A stretch of 64,000 nucleotides of DNA from an uncultured Prevotellaceae bacterium (GCA_947307015.1 CAMZHV010000001.1:12846-76845), one strand, 5' to 3'; counted from the stretch's first letter, positions 20,472-28,811 are shown. Notes: generated from the sequence alone by a model not told the origin. Numbers and translations are program-made.

Positions 20472-21074
20472 TTACTTTGTTCGCGTCAGCGTGAACTTTT
20501 GGGGCTTCTTGCCCTTACCGTTGTCCAAGATGCCGGAGAGCTTCTTGCCGTCAGGGCTGAGGTAAAGCGTATCGAGCTCACCGCTGCTGTCTTTTAGGAT
20601 GACGAGGTTGCCCTTGACCTGATAGGTGGCTTTCTCCGATGAAGGTGCCACAGCCAACGCCGCCTTCATGGCCTTACGCTTCGCCCAGCCTATACCTGCG
20701 GCTTTCATTGCGTCTTCGCTGACGGACATATCCACCTTCATCACAGCTTTCTCCTCGGTTTTGAAATTGAGGGTGATGGCGGTTTTCATACCTTTCTGGA
20801 GAGCAATCATCATGTTTTGAGCATCCTTAATCTGCTTTTCCACTTCAGCTATCTCCTCTGCGGTGAGCTCGCGCCCTTTTTTCTCTTTAAACTTGGTATA
20901 GGCTGTTGTTCTGAGGGAGTCCAGTTTCTGGTCCATCTCGCTCTTCAGCTTGTTCATTTCATCAGCGAGGATATTTGCGTTGTAATAAGTGCGTCCGACC
21001 AGATTGGTCTGTGCCGAGGTACTCATGGCTACCATCATGGCGACGAACAGCCAAACGAAACGATATTTCATCAT
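20472..21074 (-). CDS. Secreted hypothetical protein
   Basis: Start moved to MMKYRFVWLFVAMMVAMSTSAQ (signal peptide). Lys/Glu-rich helical region. No motif recognised. Confidence 0.55.
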   Translation of the reverse strand: MMKYRFVWLFVAMMVAMSTSAQTNLVGRTYYNANILADEMNKLKSEMDQKLDSLRTTAYTKFKEKKGRELTAEEIAEVEKQIKDAQNMMIALQKGMKTAITLNFKTEEKAVMKVDMSVSEDAMKAAGIGWAKRKAMKAALAVAPSSEKATYQVKGNLVILKDSSGELDTLYLSPDGKKLSGILDNGKGKKPQKFTLTRTK

Positions 21075-21157
21075 TATTGTTGGTATCTTGTTGTTGAATA
21101 GGATATGCTTATCGAAGAAAAAAGGCGTGTGGGAAGTATCGTGGTAAGCGTTGATCC

Positions 21158-21916
21158 TCAAGAGGCTTCTGCTTTCAGCAAGGCTTCAGCGATGATGAGG
21201 TCGAAAGGTGTGGTGATCTTGATATTCTCACGGTTGCCATCGACGAGGGTGACGGGATGCCCCAGGGCTTCGACGACAGAGGCATCGTCGGTAAAGGTGT
21301 CGCAGTAGGGCTGCTTGTAGGCTTGGAGAAGGAGGGAGTGCGTGAAGACCTGTGGGGTTTGGACAAGGCGCAGCTTCGAGCGGTCAATGGTAGCGGACAC
21401 CCCCTCCCCAGTGTGAGAGGGAAGAAGTTGGCGCACGGTCTCGACGACAGGGACGACGGGGACGACGGCGGCGTGCTCACGGGCAGCTTCGAAACAACGA
21501 CGGATAACATCAACGGAGACGAAGGGGCGCACGCCGTCGTGGACAGCAACCAAACTCCCCTCCCTCACGGGGGCGGGGGAGAGGCTTCTTAACCCGTTCT
21601 TTACACTATGAAACCGTGTTTCGCCGCCATCGACGATAGTATGTGGCAGGGTGAAAGCGTGCTGACGGCAGAGGTCGCGCCAAAAGTCCTGCTGGTCATG
21701 TGGCAGGACAAGCACGATGCGTATGCCAGAAATAGCACGCTCGAAAGCTTCAAGCGTGTGCATCAGCACGGGACGTCCCCCGATAGGAAGGAACTGCTTA
21801 GGCAGGTCGCTGCCCATCCGCAGTCCTTTGCCTCCGGCAACGATGATGACAGACTCTCCCCCCGCCCTCCCTATTAGGGAGGGAGTAGATTGTTTTGCTA
21901 TTGGATTATCTTCCAT
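21158..21916 (-). CDS. ispD: 2-C-methyl-D-erythritol 4-phosphate cytidylyltransferase
   Basis: 252 aa. [43 protein letters not shown] and LVQTPQVF motifs. The N-terminal 22 aa are encoded by repeat spacer + arm. Confidence 0.9.
   Translation of the reverse strand: MEDNPIAKQSTPSLIGRAGGESVIIVAGGKGLRMGSDLPKQFLPIGGRPVLMHTLEAFERAISGIRIVLVLPHDQQDFWRDLCRQHAFTLPHTIVDGGETRFHSVKNGLRSLSPAPVREGSLVAVHDGVRPFVSVDVIRRCFEAAREHAAVVPVVPVVETVRQLLPSHTGEGVSATIDRSKLRLVQTPQVFTHSLLLQAYKQPYCDTFTDDASVVEALGHPVTLVDGNRENIKITTPFDLIIAEALLKAEAS
21555..21585 (-). repeat. Short type-A variant in frame in ispD
   Basis: Reverse complement GCCTCTCCCCCGCCCCCGTGAGGGAGGGGAG. Translated as [10 protein letters not shown]. Confidence 0.6.
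21852..21885 (+). repeat. Type-A module (left arm of the DJ-1|ispD doublet), translated in ispD
   Basis: GACTCTCCCCCCGCCCTCCCTATTAGGGAGGGAG. 33/34 identical to the reverse complement of 21951-21984. Confidence 0.9.
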
Positions 21917-21950
21917 AAAAAGATAATAATCAGTTCTTGTTAGGTAACCG

Positions 21951-21984
21951 CTCCCTCCCTAACAGGGAGGGCGGGGGGAGAGTC
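21951..21984 (-). repeat. Type-A module (right arm of the DJ-1|ispD doublet)
   Basis: CTCCCTCCCTAACAGGGAGGGCGGGGGGAGAGTC. Ends 5 nt from the DJ-1 stop codon. Confidence 0.9.
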
Positions 21985-21989
21985 TGTTT

Positions 21990-22532
21990 TTATCTATACA
22001 ACATCCCCTGTCTGAGCGCGTCGGCGGTGGCCTTGTCCTTCATCATCTCAACGATGGTATAGCCGAACTCGAAGACGGCGGCTGGACCTTTACCGGTGAT
22101 GTATTGTCCGTCAACTTCGACGAGGGCACCGGTGCAGGTGGCTCCCTTGAGCTCGTCCTCGAAGCCGGGATAGCAGGTGGCACGCTTGCCGTCGAGCAGA
22201 CCGATACGTCCAAGCACGAGGGGGGCGGCACAGATAGCTGCTATGGGACGTCCGATGTAGGCGTGGTCGCGGACACGTTCCACGAGGGCGTGACATTCGG
22301 CGAAGTTCTTTGCACCAGGCATACCGCCGGGCAGCACAAGCAGTTCAGCATCGAAGAAGTCGATATCCTTGAGCAGGGCATCACATTCGACGCGGATGCC
22401 ATGAGCACCCGTGATGATGCGCTCGTCGGTGATAGAAACGATCTGCAGGTCGAGGCCTGCGCGGCGGATGATGTCTGCAGTGCCGAGGGCTTCTATTTCC
22501 TCAGTGCCAGTGGTAAAGAATAGATAAATCAT
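21990..22532 (-). CDS. DJ-1/PfpI (ThiJ) family protein
   Basis: 180 aa. LVLPGGMPGA and AAICAAP (nucleophile-elbow Cys) motifs. Confidence 0.9.
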   Translation of the reverse strand: MIYLFFTTGTEEIEALGTADIIRRAGLDLQIVSITDERIITGAHGIRVECDALLKDIDFFDAELLVLPGGMPGAKNFAECHALVERVRDHAYIGRPIAAICAAPLVLGRIGLLDGKRATCYPGFEDELKGATCTGALVEVDGQYITGKGPAAVFEFGYTIVEMMKDKATADALRQGMLYR

Positions 22533-22543
22533 AGTAATTTGAC

Positions 22544-22572
22544 AATTATACGATTTTACGATTTAACAATTA
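22544..22572 (+). repeat. ACGATTT tandem motif (contains the 16-mer ACGATTTTACGATTTA) upstream of the DJ-1 gene
   Basis: The identical 16-mer recurs at 23387-23402 in the same orientation. Confidence 0.75.
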
Positions 22573-22586
22573 CGGGAATTGATAAG

Positions 22587-23348
22587 TTATTTCAAACAAG
22601 CAAGATATCTCTTGATAGTCTCTTCGAGGCCAAGGTAAAGGGCGTCGCAGATGAGGGCGTGACCGATGCTCACCTCGTCTGTCCAGGGTATCTGCTGGTG
22701 AAAGTAGGCGAGGTTGTTGAGGCTGAGGTCGTGGCCGGCGTTGAGGCCGAGGCCGAGGTCGCGGGCTGTTTGGGCGGCGCGGATAAAGGGGGCGATGGCG
22801 GCAGCACGGAGGCGATTACCCTCGGAAGAACCCTCGGAAACCGTGATGGCGGCCATTGCGGCGGCGTAGGGCTCGGTGTAGAGCTCCACGCGGTCAGCAC
22901 CGGCACGGGCAGCGTAGTCAACCATCGCTTCGTCGGCGTTGACGAAGATGCTCACGCGGATGCCAGCGGCCTTGAAGCGGGCTGTGACGTCGGTGAGGAA
23001 GTCGAGGTGTGTGCGGGTGTCCCAACCGTGGTTCGAGGTGATCTGGTCATGGCCGTCGGGCACGAGGGTGACCTGGGTGGGGCGGTTCTCAAGGACGAGG
23101 GCGATGAATTCCGAGATGGGATTGCCCTCGATGTTGAACTCCGTTGTCAGCAGCGGCTTCAAATCGCGCACGTCCTGATAGCGGATGTGGCGCTGGTCAG
23201 GACGGGGATGTACGGTGATACCCTGTGCGCCGAAGCGCTCGCAGTCCTGTGCCACACGCAGCACGTCGGGATTGTTACCGCCGCGTGCATTGCGGATGGT
23301 GGCCACTTTATTGATGTTTACGCTGAGTTTTGTAGGCATAACAGTCAA
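22587..23348 (-). CDS. pdxJ: Pyridoxine 5'-phosphate synthase
   Basis: 253 aa. [29 protein letters not shown] and NAGHDL motifs. The start could be the Met 3 codons downstream. Confidence 0.93.
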   Translation of the reverse strand: MTVMPTKLSVNINKVATIRNARGGNNPDVLRVAQDCERFGAQGITVHPRPDQRHIRYQDVRDLKPLLTTEFNIEGNPISEFIALVLENRPTQVTLVPDGHDQITSNHGWDTRTHLDFLTDVTARFKAAGIRVSIFVNADEAMVDYAARAGADRVELYTEPYAAAMAAITVSEGSSEGNRLRAAAIAPFIRAAQTARDLGLGLNAGHDLSLNNLAYFHQQIPWTDEVSIGHALICDALYLGLEETIKRYLACLK

Positions 23349-23368
23349 ATATAATCCTATTCTCGGCG

Positions 23369-23376
23369 CAAAGGTA
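23369..23376 (-). promoter_or_regulatory. Putative -7 box TACCTTTG for pdxJ
   Basis: TAnnTTTG match 20 nt upstream of ATG 23348. Confidence 0.5.
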
Positions 23377-23380
23377 ATGC

Positions 23381-23408
23381 AATTTTACGATTTTACGATT
23401 TACAATCT
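23381..23408 (+). repeat. ACGATTT tandem motif (16-mer ACGATTTTACGATTTA) directly upstream of the pdxJ -7 box
   Basis: Second copy of the 22550-22565 16-mer. Confidence 0.75.
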
Positions 23409-23446
23409 ACTATTTATTTGTTTTTTTCGGGTAAATAAGCAAATTA

Positions 23447-23473
23447 TCTATTGTCCATTGTCCATAATCCATT
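23447..23473 (-). repeat. Solo ATTGTCC-heptamer arm related to the argB element
   Basis: tctattgtccattgtccataatccatt; compare 54284-54317. Confidence 0.55.
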
Positions 23474-23482
23474 AAAAAGACG

Positions 23483-23490
23483 TACCTTTG
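23483..23490 (+). promoter_or_regulatory. Putative -7 box TACCTTTG for tRNA-Ala
   Basis: 26 nt upstream of the mature tRNA 5' end. Confidence 0.5.
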
Positions 23491-23516
23491 CACTGCCAAA
23501 GCCAGAAATGGCGCAT

Positions 23517-23590
23517 GGGGATATAGCTCAGCTGGCTAGAGCGCGGCGTTCGCATCGCCGAGGTCGCGGGTTCGAATCCCGTTATCTCCA
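23517..23590 (+). tRNA. tRNA-Ala (anticodon CGC)
   Basis: Cloverleaf read by eye. Acceptor stem GGGGATA/TATCTCC with a G3:U70 pair. Anticodon stem CGGCG/CGCCG with loop TTCGCAT. T-arm GCGGGTTCGAATCCCGT. No encoded CCA. Confidence 0.9.
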
Positions 23591-23641
23591 CTCCTGTGGG
23601 CTGCCTCGTCAGCCATTTTCCCCTTTTTGATTTCCCCGCCT

Positions 23642-24526
23642 ATGCGCAAGCTTCGTTTTGCCCTCTTTGGTAATGTTTTTCAAGCCAAAAAATCATCGTC
23701 CGTGCAGAAGCTCCTCTGCCTGTTGGAAGAGCGGGAGGCTGATTTGCTGGTCGATGCCAACTTCTATCATTTCCTTATCGATGACCTACAGATTGCCATG
23801 CCGCCGTCGGCACGCGTGATCAACGATGATGTCTTCGATGCGGATGTGCTCATCTCCATGGGCGGCGACGGCTCGTTCCTTGAGGCTGCTCGGCGCGTGG
23901 GCGACAAGGGCATCCCCATTGTCGGCGTGAACATGGGCCGTTTAGGTTTCTTGGCGGACATCGTCCCCGAGGACATCGAGACCGTCATACAGCAGATCTA
24001 CGACGAGGACTGCTGTGTCGAGGAGCGCTGCGTGTTGCAATTATCATACGACCAGGGTGCGCCCGAAGGCTATCCATACGCGCTCAACGAGGTGGCTGTG
24101 CTCAAGCGCGAGCTCTCGTCGATGATTTCCATCCGCGTGGATATCAATGGCGAATACCTGACCACATATCAGGCTGACGGTCTGATTATCAATACGCCGA
24201 CGGGCTCTACAGGTTATGCCCTCTCTGTCGGCGGACCTATCATGCAGCCTGGCAGCCGCACGCTGGGCCTGGTGCCTGTGGCGCCTCATTCGCTGACGGT
24301 GCGTCCGTTGACGCTGACTGATGATGCGGTGATCACGCTCACGGTGTCATCACGCAACCATCGCTTCCTCGTGGCGCTCGACGGTCGCAGCGAGCAATGC
24401 AGTGAGGACGTGCGGCTGACTATTCGTCGCGCTCCCTACACCGTCAAAGTGCTTAAACGCCCAGGTCAGAGCTTCTTCCGCACACTAAGAACAAAGCTCA
24501 TGTGGGGAACGGATGTTAGGGAATAA
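23642..24526 (+). CDS. nadK: NAD kinase
   Basis: The track ORF starts at a TTG; the first ATG gives MRKLRFALFGN. GGDGSFL and TPTGSTGYALSVGGPI motifs. Confidence 0.9.
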   Translation: MRKLRFALFGNVFQAKKSSSVQKLLCLLEEREADLLVDANFYHFLIDDLQIAMPPSARVINDDVFDADVLISMGGDGSFLEAARRVGDKGIPIVGVNMGRLGFLADIVPEDIETVIQQIYDEDCCVEERCVLQLSYDQGAPEGYPYALNEVAVLKRELSSMISIRVDINGEYLTTYQADGLIINTPTGSTGYALSVGGPIMQPGSRTLGLVPVAPHSLTVRPLTLTDDAVITLTVSSRNHRFLVALDGRSEQCSEDVRLTIRRAPYTVKVLKRPGQSFFRTLRTKLMWGTDVRE

Positions 24527-24555
24527 CACCCACCCCTGCCTCTACCTTTCGGGAG
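24527..24555 (+). repeat. Degenerate C-tail module (left arm of the nadK|ABC doublet)
   Basis: CACCCACCCCTGCCTCTACCTTTCGGGAG. Fills the gap between the nadK stop and ATG 24556. Confidence 0.5.
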
Positions 24556-26340
24556 ATGTGTTATTACCATAATAATATGACAGGAAAAGGAAACAATCAG
24601 CCAAAGGATACTGCTCCCCTCCCCGCAAAAGATAAGCGGGGGGGTGGGTCTGCTTATTTGACACGACAGCTGATAGCCTGGTTCTGGCATATTTTCATGC
24701 AGGTGAAGCTGCAGTCGTTCATCAATGCGATGAGCGGCATTATCCGTGTGGCGCTTGATTTTGCTTTCATCTGGGCCACGAAGGTGACCATCGATATAGC
24801 CACAGGCAATTTCTCGCCTTCATCCTTTATCCCCAAACCCTCCACCTTATTCAGTGCTGGCGTTCTGCTCATCAGCATCATGGTGCTGCAGATGGCTTTG
24901 GGCTATCTAAGGCGCTGGATTGCTGCACTTTTGGGCGTTGAGGCGCAGAACAGGATGCAACGCCACATCTTCGAGCATCTGTTGCGCAGCGAATGGCACG
25001 GTAAAGAGCGCCGTCACAGCGGCGATGTCCTCAACCGTTTGATCAGCGACAGCACCACGGTTGTCACCGTGGTCACGGATACGGTACCGCAGGCGTTGGC
25101 CGTGCTGGTGCGCCTCGTGTGTGCATTCTTTTTTCTTTACTCCATGGATGCCATGCTGGCGGTGGGCGTTATTGTCATCCTGCCGCTCTTCATCCTGCTC
25201 AGCCGCCTCTATGTCCATCGGATGCGTGCCATCACGCGTGAAGTGCGGAAGACCGACAGCCGCGTGCAGGCCATCTTGCAGGAGAGCGTGCAGCACCGCC
25301 TCGTACTGAAGACCTTGGAGCGTGTGCCGCTCCTTGTCCAAGCGCTGTCTGATTTGCAAGCCACACTACGCAGTCAAGTGCGCCACCGTACGCTCTTCTC
25401 CTCCACTTCCAACCTGGTGGTTAACATCGGTTTCGGTGCAGCCTATCTCTTCACCTTCCTCTGGAGTGTGAACCGTCTTTCTGATGGCACCATCACCTTT
25501 GGCATGATGACCGCCTTCATCCAGTTGTGTGGTCAGATACAAGGCCCCTTCCGCGAACTGACACGTTTCATCCCGGCCATCATCAGCAGCTTTACGTCAG
25601 CCGAACGTCTCATGGAGCTCGAAGAAACGCCCCTCGAGGAAGACGGTGAGCCTATTCGTTTCGAACGCGGTGCAGGCATACGTCTCACTGATGTCACTTT
25701 CGCCTATGACGACTACAGCCGTACCATCCTCAGCCATGCCACCTACGATTTTGCGCCCGGCTCCACAACAGCCGTCCTGGGCGAGACGGGGGCGGGCAAG
25801 ACAACACTGCTCAGGCTGGTGCTCGCCCTGCTAAAACCGCAACAGGGGACGGTGGAGATCTACGAACCTGCCACAGGGCGCGCCGTACAGGTCAGCGCCC
25901 GCACACGTTGCAACCTCGTCTATGTGCCACAAGGCAATTCACTCTTCAGTGGCACCTTGCGCTGGAACCTGCAGATGGGTAAGCCCGAGGCGACGGACGA
26001 AGAGCTGCATGAGGCGTTGCGCTTGGCCTGTGCCGATTTCGTGCAGACGTTGCCCGATGGCCTCGACACGCGCATCGGCGAGGGTGGCGCAGGTCTCTCT
26101 GAAGGACAGGCGCAGCGCATAGCCATCGCCCGTGCTCTCCTGCGTCAAGGTTCGGTGTTACTGCTCGACGAAGCCACCAGTGCCCTCGACCAGCAAACAG
26201 AGAAGCAACTGATAGAGAACCTTGTGGAACACCATAGCCACCTCTCCGTGAAGCCTACGCTCATTTTCATCACTCACCGCCCTGCCATCGTGAACTACTG
26301 CTCGCAGGTCATCACGTTTAAGAAATGTTCAGCTTCCTGA
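24556..26340 (+). CDS. ABC exporter, fused permease/ATPase (MsbA-like)
   Basis: 594 aa. Six-TM ABC_membrane region, Walker A GETGAGKTT, LSEGQAQRIAIARAL, Walker B LLLDEATSALD. The N-terminus contains a repeat arm, so the start is uncertain. Confidence 0.85.
   Translation: MCYYHNNMTGKGNNQPKDTAPLPAKDKRGGGSAYLTRQLIAWFWHIFMQVKLQSFINAMSGIIRVALDFAFIWATKVTIDIATGNFSPSSFIPKPSTLFSAGVLLISIMVLQMALGYLRRWIAALLGVEAQNRMQRHIFEHLLRSEWHGKERRHSGDVLNRLISDSTTVVTVVTDTVPQALAVLVRLVCAFFFLYSMDAMLAVGVIVILPLFILLSRLYVHRMRAITREVRKTDSRVQAILQESVQHRLVLKTLERVPLLVQALSDLQATLRSQVRHRTLFSSTSNLVVNIGFGAAYLFTFLWSVNRLSDGTITFGMMTAFIQLCGQIQGPFRELTRFIPAIISSFTSAERLMELEETPLEEDGEPIRFERGAGIRLTDVTFAYDDYSRTILSHATYDFAPGSTTAVLGETGAGKTTLLRLVLALLKPQQGTVEIYEPATGRAVQVSARTRCNLVYVPQGNSLFSGTLRWNLQMGKPEATDEELHEALRLACADFVQTLPDGLDTRIGEGGAGLSEGQAQRIAIARALLRQGSVLLLDEATSALDQQTEKQLIENLVEHHSHLSVKPTLIFITHRPAIVNYCSQVITFKKCSAS
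24614..24650 (-). repeat. C-tail module variant (right arm of the nadK|ABC doublet), in frame
   Basis: CTCCCCTCCCCGCAAAAGATAAGCGGGGGGGTGGGTC. Translated as APLPAKDKRGGGSA. Confidence 0.6.
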
Positions 26341-27308
26341 AGAATTGGACGTTGCCTGTGGCCATCACCGTGGGTGCCGTCGCCTATCTTGTGTTCGCCC
26401 TTGTGCCGGAACTCGATTCAGCAGGCGATGCGCTCTGTCCTGTCTTCGAGACGTTGCTGCCCATCACCATCTTCTTCACCCTCTTTGTCACCTTCTCCAA
26501 AGTGGACTTTCACCTGATGCGCCTGCGCCGCTGGCATCTCTACATCCTGCTGACGCAGCTGTTGCTTATTGCTGCGTTGGTTTCCGCCGTCCTATTCCTT
26601 TCCTCTGAGGGGCTAGGAAACTCCCCCTTTTCAGGGGAAAAGCTTCTTCTCGAAGCCATCCTCATCTGTGTCATTGCTCCCTGCGCTGCAGCTTCGCCCG
26701 TGGTGACGGCCAAACTCGGAGGCGACCTCACCCAGATGACGACCTTCGTGCTGCTCTCTTCCGTTGTGATGGCTGTGCTCATCCCCGCCGTCTTTCCCCT
26801 CTTGGAGCCTCATGAGGGTGCCACCTTCCTTACGGCTTTTCTGACTATTCTGCAACGCCTCTCGTTTGTCCTGCTATTGCCATTGGCTTTAGGTGCCGTG
26901 GTGCACCATTGGGTCAAACCGCTCTACGAATGGTTTAAACGAACGCCAGACTTAGGTTTCTATCTCTGGAGTGTGTCGCTGGCCATAACTTCCGGCATCA
27001 CTATCCGCAATATCAACCTTAGCCACGATGCCAGCCATATATTAGGTGATATTGCATTGCTGACGCTCATCACCGCCGTGGCGCAGTTCGCCATCGGTCG
27101 TCTGATTGGATGGATAGTTGGGGAGAAGGTTTGTACGGGACAGGCTATGTTTCAGAAAAACACGGGCTTGGCCATCTGGATAGCCTACACCTATCTCACC
27201 CCTGATGCCAGCATCGGGGCGGGATGTTATGTATTGTGGCAGAATATCATCAATTCCTATGAGCTTTGGCAGCACCGGCGCGCAACCAAAGGTCATAGGA
27301 ATAAGTGA
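26325..27308 (+). CDS. Polytopic membrane transporter (bile acid:Na+ symporter/SBF-like; function uncertain)
   Basis: 327 aa, about 9-10 hydrophobic helices. Overlaps the ABC gene by 16 nt. Confidence 0.5.
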   Translation: MFSFLKNWTLPVAITVGAVAYLVFALVPELDSAGDALCPVFETLLPITIFFTLFVTFSKVDFHLMRLRRWHLYILLTQLLLIAALVSAVLFLSSEGLGNSPFSGEKLLLEAILICVIAPCAAASPVVTAKLGGDLTQMTTFVLLSSVVMAVLIPAVFPLLEPHEGATFLTAFLTILQRLSFVLLLPLALGAVVHHWVKPLYEWFKRTPDLGFYLWSVSLAITSGITIRNINLSHDASHILGDIALLTLITAVAQFAIGRLIGWIVGEKVCTGQAMFQKNTGLAIWIAYTYLTPDASIGAGCYVLWQNIINSYELWQHRRATKGHRNK

Positions 27309-27309
27309 G

Positions 27310-27342
27310 ATAACGACCTTTGAGAGGGGAAAAGGAGGTTAT
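27310..27342. terminator. Possible bidirectional hairpin between convergent genes
   Basis: ataacgaccttt / aaaggaggttat arms (10/12 complementary), 9-nt loop. Overlaps the thrC stop. Confidence 0.3.
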
Positions 27343-28799
27343 TGCTGGAGGAGGAAAGCTTTGAAGTCGGCAAAATCCTTGCTCATGGCGACCGACTTCT
27401 TCTCGCCGCGCATGAAAGCCTGCAGCTTTTCGGGGATGGGAAGATCGATGCCGAGGATGCGGTCTACGGTGTCCTTGAATTTGGCGGGATGAGCGGTCTC
27501 AAGGAAGACGCCGACTTCGCCGTCTTGCAGCTGCTCTTTCAAGGCGCGATAACCGCACGCGCCGTGAGGATCAAGGATATAACCCGTGCGAGCATAACAA
27601 TCACGCATTGTCTCGGCAATCTGGTCGTCGGTGTAGGTGGCGCCGGAGATAAGGGGCCTCTCCCCCAACCCCTCCCCCGAGAGGGAGGGGAGTGGCTGTG
27701 CATAGCCTCTTTTACTTAACACTTCCATGACATCCTCACGACTGTAGAGGTCGAGGATGCGGGCGAAATTTGAGGGATCACCGACATCCATTGCATTGGC
27801 AATGGTCTGTTTCGAGGCTTTCGGCGTATACACACCTGTCTGGAGGTAGTTGTAGAACACGTCGTTGGCGTTGTTCGCCGCAATGAAACGTTTCACGGGC
27901 AGCCCCATGACGTGGCCGAACAGTGCCGAACAGATATTGCCGAAATTGCCGGAGGGGACGCAGATGACACAATCGGCTGCCCCACCGCCAACCCCTCTTC
28001 TCGTCAGGGAGGGGATAAGTTGCGCGTAAGCATAGAAATAATAAAACGCCTGCGGCAGGAAGCGGGCCACGTTGATGCTGTTGGCCGAGGTGAGGCGCAT
28101 GTGGGTATTCAGCTCCTGATCCATAAACGCCGACTTCACCAGTGCTTGGCAGTCATCGAAGACGCCATCGACCTCAATGGCCGTGATGTTTTGGCCGAGC
28201 GTCGTGAACTGACACTCCTGAATGGGCGACACCTTACCCTTCGGATAGAGCACATAAACATGTATACCCTCCACGCCGAGGAAGCCGTTGGCCACAGCCG
28301 AACCAGTGTCGCCGGAAGTGGCTACGAGTACATTAACCATGGAAGCCCCCCCTACTGCCCCCGAGGGGGCTTCTATTGTTTTGCGATTAGAGGACTTTAC
28401 ATCCGTAGCCCCCTCGGGGGCTGAATGGGGGGCCAACATATACTGAAGCAGGCGTGCCATAAATCTCGCACCCACATCTTTAAAAGCCAGCGTGGGGCCG
28501 TGGAAGAGCTCGAGGGCATAGATATTGTCCTCGACTTTCACGACAGGACAGTCGAAGGAGAGGGTGTCATAGACGATACGACGGAGGGCATCGGCTTCGA
28601 CATCTTCGCCGAAGAAGGCATCAGCGACGCGATAGGCCACCTCCTGGAATGTGAGGCCTGCCATTTCGTCCCAGAACGATTCAGGCAGTTGCTTGATGAC
28701 TTCGGGCATATACAGGCCGCGATCTTCGGCAAGGCCGCGGACGACAGCATCACGCAAAGTAGCGCGGGCAGCGGTATGGTTGGTGGAGTAGTAGAGCAT
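27339..28799 (-). CDS. thrC: Threonine synthase
   Basis: Start moved to MLYYSTNH. FKDVGARFMARLL, ATSGDTGSAVANGF and VPSGNFGN motifs. Three in-frame repeat insertions. Confidence 0.93.
   Translation of the reverse strand: MLYYSTNHTAARATLRDAVVRGLAEDRGLYMPEVIKQLPESFWDEMAGLTFQEVAYRVADAFFGEDVEADALRRIVYDTLSFDCPVVKVEDNIYALELFHGPTLAFKDVGARFMARLLQYMLAPHSAPEGATDVKSSNRKTIEAPSGAVGGASMVNVLVATSGDTGSAVANGFLGVEGIHVYVLYPKGKVSPIQECQFTTLGQNITAIEVDGVFDDCQALVKSAFMDQELNTHMRLTSANSINVARFLPQAFYYFYAYAQLIPSLTRRGVGGGAADCVICVPSGNFGNICSALFGHVMGLPVKRFIAANNANDVFYNYLQTGVYTPKASKQTIANAMDVGDPSNFARILDLYSREDVMEVLSKRGYAQPLPSLSGEGLGERPLISGATYTDDQIAETMRDCYARTGYILDPHGACGYRALKEQLQDGEVGVFLETAHPAKFKDTVDRILGIDLPIPEKLQAFMRGEKKSVAMSKDFADFKAFLLQQ
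27656..27692 (+). repeat. C-tail + hairpin module variant in frame in thrC
   Basis: GCCTCTCCCCCAACCCCTCCCCCGAGAGGGAGGGGAG. Translated as PLPSLSGEGLGERP. Confidence 0.65.
27979..28015 (+). repeat. C-tail + hairpin module variant in frame in thrC
   Basis: GCCCCACCGCCAACCCCTCTTCTCGTCAGGGAGGGGA. Translated as PSLTRRGVGGGA. Confidence 0.6.
28345..28434. mobile_element. 90-nt type-B doublet (REPIN/MITE-like), in frame in thrC
   Basis: Two inverted type-B ends (28345-28373 and 28400-28434) separated by 26 nt. 30 codons (PHSAPEGATDVKSSNRKTIEAPSGAVGGA) inserted between LQYMLA and MVNVLVATSGDTG. Confidence 0.8.
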
Positions 28800-28811
28800 A
28801 CTATAAAAAAA

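Noticed and set aside
21852-21984. The inverted doublets as invertible promoter switches (invertons)
   Set aside because: The spacers are only 40-105 nt and contain start or stop codons of essential genes, so inversion would inactivate ispD, recQ and cydB. No recombinase gene is in the window. I cannot exclude it without read-level evidence, but I do not favour it.
26607-26640. Possible further degenerate modules (also 47499-47517 in cydB, 5181-5201 in the 260-aa ORF, 56767-56798 at the aroK|speA junction)
   Set aside because: These have G/C runs and short hairpins. Their similarity to the defined families is too weak to call by eye.
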